A stretch of DNA of 64,000 nucleotides from Desulfomonilia bacterium (lineage in GTDB: Bacteria; Desulfobacterota; Desulfomonilia; UBA1062). This document shows positions 59,282 to 64,000 of the stretch, piece after piece. The DNA lies in the NCBI GenBank assembly GCA_050014195.1, contig JBEKDT010000003.1, positions 64,001 through 128,000 of the forward strand, written 5' to 3'. Position 1 is the first letter of the stretch. Each line of letters opens with the position of its first letter. The notes beneath the pieces were generated by a model. That model was not told the DNA's origin. It was given only the letters and a program-made list of their open reading frames with translations, and did no database searches. A program made the translations under genes and the position numbers.

Positions 59282-60952
59282 ATGGAAAAACCCTGGCACA
59301 GGCACTATGACTACAACGTCCCCACCAGCATCCGCTACCCGAGGATCCCGGCCCAGAGCCTTTTCCAGCTCTCTGTCGGCACATTCCCTGACAAGCCTTG
59401 TATAAACTTCTACGGGACCGAGTACACATTCTGGCAGATCAGGGAACGGATGCTCCGCATGACCAATGCCCTTGGGAAGCTCGGCGTGAAGAAGGGAGAC
59501 CGGGTGGGCATCCATCTGCCCAACTGCCCCCAGTTTCCCATCTCCTATCTCGCCGTCCTTTCCCTCGGGGCCATCGTAGTGAACATGAATCCGCTCTATA
59601 CCATAAGCGAGCTTAAGCACATCATGGAGATCACCGGGATGGAGACAGCGATCTCCTTTGACATAGGGCTTCCCAATATCCGGACACTGTCTAAGGATGT
59701 CGGGCTCAAGCGGATAGTGGTGACCAGGGTGACGGACTACATCAACGGGTTCGGCGTGAGTACTGCCAAAGACCTGGACTTGAACAAGGATGAGGGATTC
59801 TACCACTTCTCCGAACTCATCGAAGGTACCCCGGAAACCCGCCTGCCCCGCTTCCCGTTCAGCCCGGATGACCCGGCCATGATCCAGTTCACCGGCGGCA
59901 CAACAGGCGTGCCCAAGGGCGCGCTGCTTACGCATGCGAATATCCTGGCAGCCACCTTCCAGGCAGCCATGTGGGGCAACCCCGTCAACTTGCCGGTACC
60001 TGCTGAAAGGCGGACTGTCTTGAGCGTGCTTCCCTATTTCCATGTATATGGCAACATCGTTGCAATGAACTGGGCTTTCTTTACCAACGCCACCCAGATC
60101 CTGGTGCCGCGATTCGATATCGAGGAGCTCATGGGCATTATCGCCAACTTCGAGGACATCTCATTCTTCCCCGCAGTGCCCACCATGATCACCGCCATCA
60201 TCAACCACAAAAAGGCACTTGAGCTTAACCTTGCCAAACGATTGAAGGTGCTCAACTCCGGTGCCGCGCCCATGCCGGTCGAGCTCATCGAGAAAGTACA
60301 GGATATGGGCATTTATTTCAGCGAGGGATACGGATTGAGCGAATCTACATCCCTTGGCATCAGCAATCCCATCTTTGGCATGAAGAAGGTGGGCAGCATC
60401 GGCATCCCCTTCCCGGACAACGATGTCCGCCTGGTGGACGTGGGAAACGGGACCGATGATGTGAAACCGGGCGACCCGGGGGAGATCATCATGAAAGGCC
60501 CGCTCATCATGAAGGAATACTGGAACAACCCCGAAGAGACCAAGGGCCAGCTTGTTGATGGCTGGCTGCACACCGGCGATATTGCCCAGATGGACGAGGA
60601 CGGCTACCTCTTCATCGTAGACCGGAAAAAGGACATGATCATTGCAGGCGGGTTCAATATCTACCCGCGCGAGATCGACGAGATCCTCTACCAGCACCCC
60701 AAGGTCGCCGAGGCTGTAACGGTCGGCATACCGGATAAGTACCGGGGCGAAACGGTGAAGGCCTTTGTCGTCCTCAAACCCGGACAGACAGCCACGGATA
60801 AGGAGATCATGGACTTCTGCAAGGCCAAGCTCACGGCCTACAAGGTGCCGAAGCTCATCGAGTTCAGAGACTCGCTTCCCAAATCCACTGTAGGCAAGAT
60901 CCTTCGCAAGATCCTCAAGCAGGAGGAGGCGGAAAAGGCAAAGAAATCTTGA
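59282..60952 (+). CDS. long-chain-fatty-acid--CoA ligase
   Basis: FTGGTTGVPKG, EGYGLSE, WLHTGD, IVDRKKDMI, LPKSTVGK. Confidence 0.95.
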   Translation: MEKPWHRHYDYNVPTSIRYPRIPAQSLFQLSVGTFPDKPCINFYGTEYTFWQIRERMLRMTNALGKLGVKKGDRVGIHLPNCPQFPISYLAVLSLGAIVVNMNPLYTISELKHIMEITGMETAISFDIGLPNIRTLSKDVGLKRIVVTRVTDYINGFGVSTAKDLDLNKDEGFYHFSELIEGTPETRLPRFPFSPDDPAMIQFTGGTTGVPKGALLTHANILAATFQAAMWGNPVNLPVPAERRTVLSVLPYFHVYGNIVAMNWAFFTNATQILVPRFDIEELMGIIANFEDISFFPAVPTMITAIINHKKALELNLAKRLKVLNSGAAPMPVELIEKVQDMGIYFSEGYGLSESTSLGISNPIFGMKKVGSIGIPFPDNDVRLVDVGNGTDDVKPGDPGEIIMKGPLIMKEYWNNPEETKGQLVDGWLHTGDIAQMDEDGYLFIVDRKKDMIIAGGFNIYPREIDEILYQHPKVAEAVTVGIPDKYRGETVKAFVVLKPGQTATDKEIMDFCKAKLTAYKVPKLIEFRDSLPKSTVGKILRKILKQEEAEKAKKS

Positions 60953-60967
60953 TCTCTTTTGAATTAC

Positions 60968-61018
60968 ACCCCTCATCCCCTCTCCCTGCGGATTGGGGAG
61001 AAGGCCGGGGTGAGGGGT
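60968..61018. repeat. GC-rich palindromic element/terminator between convergent genes
   Basis: ACCCCTCATCCCC-TCTCCC...GGGGAGA..GGGGTGAGGGGT. Confidence 0.55.
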
Positions 61019-61032
61019 CCATTGAGTTCTTT

Positions 61033-62016
61033 TTAAGAGTAATTCTTCCGATAGAGCCGCTGATAATCCCTGGGAAGAAGCCCTGTCTGCCGGAGAAAAA
61101 TCCTGCGGAATGAGGCCGGGTCTTCGTATCCTACCATTGAGGTGACCTCTTCAAATGACCTGTTTCCGGTCTCGAGCAGATCACGTGCCGCTTCGATCCG
61201 TACCTTTTGGAGAAAGTTCACCGGGGTGTCCCCGGTGGCCTTATTGAACCTGCGCTGAAAGGTCCGCTCGCTCATATTGGCCTTTCGGGCCAACATCTTA
61301 ATGCTGAGCTTTTGGGAATAGTGCTCCTCGATCCAGTTCTGGGCATCATGAATCATGCCGTCCCTGTGTGACCTCTTTGCAATCAGGGCTGAATAAGGCG
61401 CCTGAGTGGATCTTCCAAGGTCATACACAAAAGCCTTTGCACATTGAATAGCCGCTGCCCTACCGCAAAGCTTCTCCACGAGATACAGCGAAAGATCGAT
61501 GCACGAGTTGGAACCGCCTGAGCAGTACAGATCGCCCTCATCCGTGATGAGTTCATCGGCTCTGCACTCCACCTTGGGGTACCTTTTCCTGAACTGCCTG
61601 ACAAAACCCCAATGGGTTGTAGCCGTCTTCCCGTCCAGCAGGCCGGTCTCAGCCAGGACAAAGGCCCCTGTGCAGACGCTGGCGATCCAGGCGCCATTTT
61701 TATATATTTCCTTCAACCATGATACGACCTCCCTGTTCGCATCGAGCGCACCTGAGATATTGCCGGTAATGGCGCTGACCATGACCAGGTCTGTCTTATG
61801 TATGTCATGCATGGAACAATGCGGTGTCAGGATGATCCCATTCAGGCACTTTACCGGTTTTCCGTCTTTCGTTACTATACGGACCGTAAAGTCCGGTGCA
61901 GCGGATCTGCCGCTGATCCCGTTCCACAACACGCCCGAGAGGGAAAATACATCCATGGGCCCGGTAAAGGTGGATGCCACACCGGCGTCTAATGCCACAA
62001 TGGTAATGTCTTTCAT
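61033..62016 (-). CDS. GlxA-family regulator (DJ-1 + AraC HTH)
   Basis: SVCTGAFVLAETGLLDGKTATTHW; MSERTFQRRF, VGYEDPASFRRIF. Confidence 0.93.
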   Translation of the reverse strand: MKDITIVALDAGVASTFTGPMDVFSLSGVLWNGISGRSAAPDFTVRIVTKDGKPVKCLNGIILTPHCSMHDIHKTDLVMVSAITGNISGALDANREVVSWLKEIYKNGAWIASVCTGAFVLAETGLLDGKTATTHWGFVRQFRKRYPKVECRADELITDEGDLYCSGGSNSCIDLSLYLVEKLCGRAAAIQCAKAFVYDLGRSTQAPYSALIAKRSHRDGMIHDAQNWIEEHYSQKLSIKMLARKANMSERTFQRRFNKATGDTPVNFLQKVRIEAARDLLETGNRSFEEVTSMVGYEDPASFRRIFLRQTGLLPRDYQRLYRKNYS

Positions 62017-62162
62017 TTCACTCCTGCCGAAGAATGTCGTTTTTCACCTTATAAATGTCATTTATGCCACTGGGCAGGGGCAAACGCAAGGGATACTATC
62101 TTGATGCATCAAGGCTCTTTTTATTACAAGTAGCCTTGAGAGCTCATGCACGGGAGGATGAC

Positions 62163-62510
62163 ATGGAAAAGATGGTGGCCTTTTGCGGGATCGTGTGCTC
62201 GGAATGCCCGGTATTTCTTGCTACGAAGAACGATGATGACAATGCGAGAAAAGAAGTGGCAGAACTCTGGTCAAAACGGTTCGGGTTTGACATGAAACCG
62301 GATGATGCCAACTGCGACGGATGCCAGTCAAAGGACGGCAGGCTCTTCAACCACTGCCGGACCTGCAATATAAGGCTCTGCGGTATAGACAAACAGCTCG
62401 GCAACTGTGCCTCTTGTCCCGAGTATGCATGCCAGAAGCTACAGGATTTCCATGCACTCGTCCCTTATGCAAGAAAGAAGCTCGATAAGTTACGGCAGCA
62501 AGAAAGATGA
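62163..62510 (+). CDS. DUF3795 Cys-rich protein
   Basis: CGIVCSECP, CDGC, CRTCNIRLC, NCASCPEYAC; GGAGG RBS. Confidence 0.85.
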   Translation: MEKMVAFCGIVCSECPVFLATKNDDDNARKEVAELWSKRFGFDMKPDDANCDGCQSKDGRLFNHCRTCNIRLCGIDKQLGNCASCPEYACQKLQDFHALVPYARKKLDKLRQQER

Positions 62511-62557
62511 GATCATCACCATGGAAGAGGTTTTAGGAGGTGCGCCCAAGGCACATA

Positions 62558-63772
62558 TTACATCCTCTCAATTATGGCTTTCCCGAACTCGGAGCACTTG
62601 AGCAGGGTGGCGCCTTGCATCTGGCGCTCCAGGTCATAGGTGACCTGCTTGTCCGATATGGCCTTGGCGATACCCTTGCGAATAAGATCACCTGCCTCAG
62701 TCCAGCCTATGTGGTCGAGCATCATGGCGCCCGATAAGATAAGCGAGCCGGGGTTGATCTTGTCCTGACCTGCATACTTTGGCGCAGTGCCGTGGGTGGC
62801 CTCAAACACGGCAAAAGGGATACCGATGTTGGCGCCGGGCGCCATGCCGAGCCCGCCCACCTGGGCCGCAAGGGCGTCCGAGATGAAGTCACCGATAAGG
62901 TTAGGCACGGCCAGCACTTCGTACTCTTTAGGACGCAAAAGTACCTGCTGGAACATGGAGTCGGCGATGCGGTCGTTGATGAGGATCTTTCCCTCGGGGA
63001 GCATCCCTCCGTACTTCTTTGCAAGATCTGCTTCAGCAATAGCGACATCACTGAACTCATCACGGGCGAGCTCATAGCCCCAGTCCCTGAAGGCCCCTTC
63101 GGTGAACTTCATGATGTTGCCCTTGTGCACGAGTGTCACGGTCTTCTTGTGATGTTTGACGGCATACTCGATGGCCATGCGCACCAGACGCTTGGTACCA
63201 TGGACGGATATGGGCTTGATGCCGATGCCGGAATCCTCCCTGATGTGGGTGCCCATCTGCTCGTTGAGGAACCTGATCACCTTGGTCGCGTCAACACTGC
63301 CCTTGGACCACTCGATGCCTGCATAGAGGTCCTCGGTGTTCTCGCGAAACACCGTGATATCTACAAGCTCGGGCTGCTTCACCGGGGCTGGCGTCCCCTG
63401 GTAGTACTTCACGGGCCTGATGCACGCAAAAAGGTCCAGGATTTGGCGCAAGGCCACATTCAGGCTGCGGATGCCGCCGCCCACAGGCGTGGTAAGCGGG
63501 CCCTTTATGCCCACGAGGTATTCCTTCAAGGCCGTGATGGTCTCTTCGGGCAGGTAGGTGCCGAACTTCGTATTGGCCTTTTCGCCCGCATAGATCTCTT
63601 TCCATATGATCCGGCGGTTTGACCCGTATGCCTTCTTCACCGCCGCATCGAAGACCGCCTGCGAGGCGGCCCAGATATCGGGCCCAACGCCGTCCCCCTC
63701 GATGAATGGGATGATGGGGTCATCGGGAACATCCAGCTTGCCGCCTTCAAACGTTATCTTGGTCCCTTCCAT
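62558..63772 (-). CDS. icd: NADP-dependent isocitrate dehydrogenase
   Basis: [50 protein letters not shown]. Confidence 0.97.
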   Translation of the reverse strand: MEGTKITFEGGKLDVPDDPIIPFIEGDGVGPDIWAASQAVFDAAVKKAYGSNRRIIWKEIYAGEKANTKFGTYLPEETITALKEYLVGIKGPLTTPVGGGIRSLNVALRQILDLFACIRPVKYYQGTPAPVKQPELVDITVFRENTEDLYAGIEWSKGSVDATKVIRFLNEQMGTHIREDSGIGIKPISVHGTKRLVRMAIEYAVKHHKKTVTLVHKGNIMKFTEGAFRDWGYELARDEFSDVAIAEADLAKKYGGMLPEGKILINDRIADSMFQQVLLRPKEYEVLAVPNLIGDFISDALAAQVGGLGMAPGANIGIPFAVFEATHGTAPKYAGQDKINPGSLILSGAMMLDHIGWTEAGDLIRKGIAKAISDKQVTYDLERQMQGATLLKCSEFGKAIIERM

Positions 63773-63921
63773 TTTCCCTATTCTCCATAGAAACAAATCT
63801 CCCCTGTATCCTTGTTAGAAAGGAAGAAAACTCGTTAACCAAGGCATGGGGCTGATTCACGATCTTACAAGTTTCTTTCATAGATAACAGCGAGCATCAT
63901 GCATGCGAGGTGCTCCTCACC

Positions 63922-63999
63922 TTAGACCAAGTCCCGGTGGAGCTCATCCCAGAGCAGCCGCTGGTAGCGCTGGACATCCTTGGGGCTCATGCTCATGCC
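63922..63999 (-). CDS. 3' end of an unidentified gene (..GMSMSPKDVQRYQRLLWDELHRDLV*)
   Basis: Open frame from the window edge to a TAA at 63922, with GC-rich codon usage. Confidence 0.45.
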   Translation of the reverse strand, partial: GMSMSPKDVQRYQRLLWDELHRDLV

Positions 64000-64000
64000 C

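Overview
A mostly housekeeping and metabolic 64-kb segment. Gene content suggests an anaerobic delta-proteobacterial (Desulfobacterota-like) genome, but this is inference. It opens with a GC-rich hdrL/hdrA-like, mvhD, metV block that stops abruptly at an AT-rich patch. It continues with an MCP, PfpI, an RND pump, an amidase, beta-oxidation genes, larC-larB, pdxR/pdxST, greA, rplY, rph-rdgB-archease-rtcB, ssb, a cold-shock gene and icd. No rRNA, tRNA, CRISPR array, integrase or intact transposase was seen. Three leads stand out. (1) larC-larB converge on a DUF362 protein with a LarA-like His/Lys/His spacing, which lies downstream of a double-cubane-type reductase; this is a candidate non-LarA nickel-pincer enzyme system. 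(2) An AT-rich island encodes two coupled STAND-like ATPases, the second with a wHTH and a conserved 99-bp SEL1/TPR repeat array, preceded by twin 20-bp operators; this is an NLR-like candidate conflict system. (3) An ORF6N gene has a perfect 20-bp upstream inverted repeat whose core recurs inside its own coding sequence. All functional calls come from motif recognition by eye, with no database searches.
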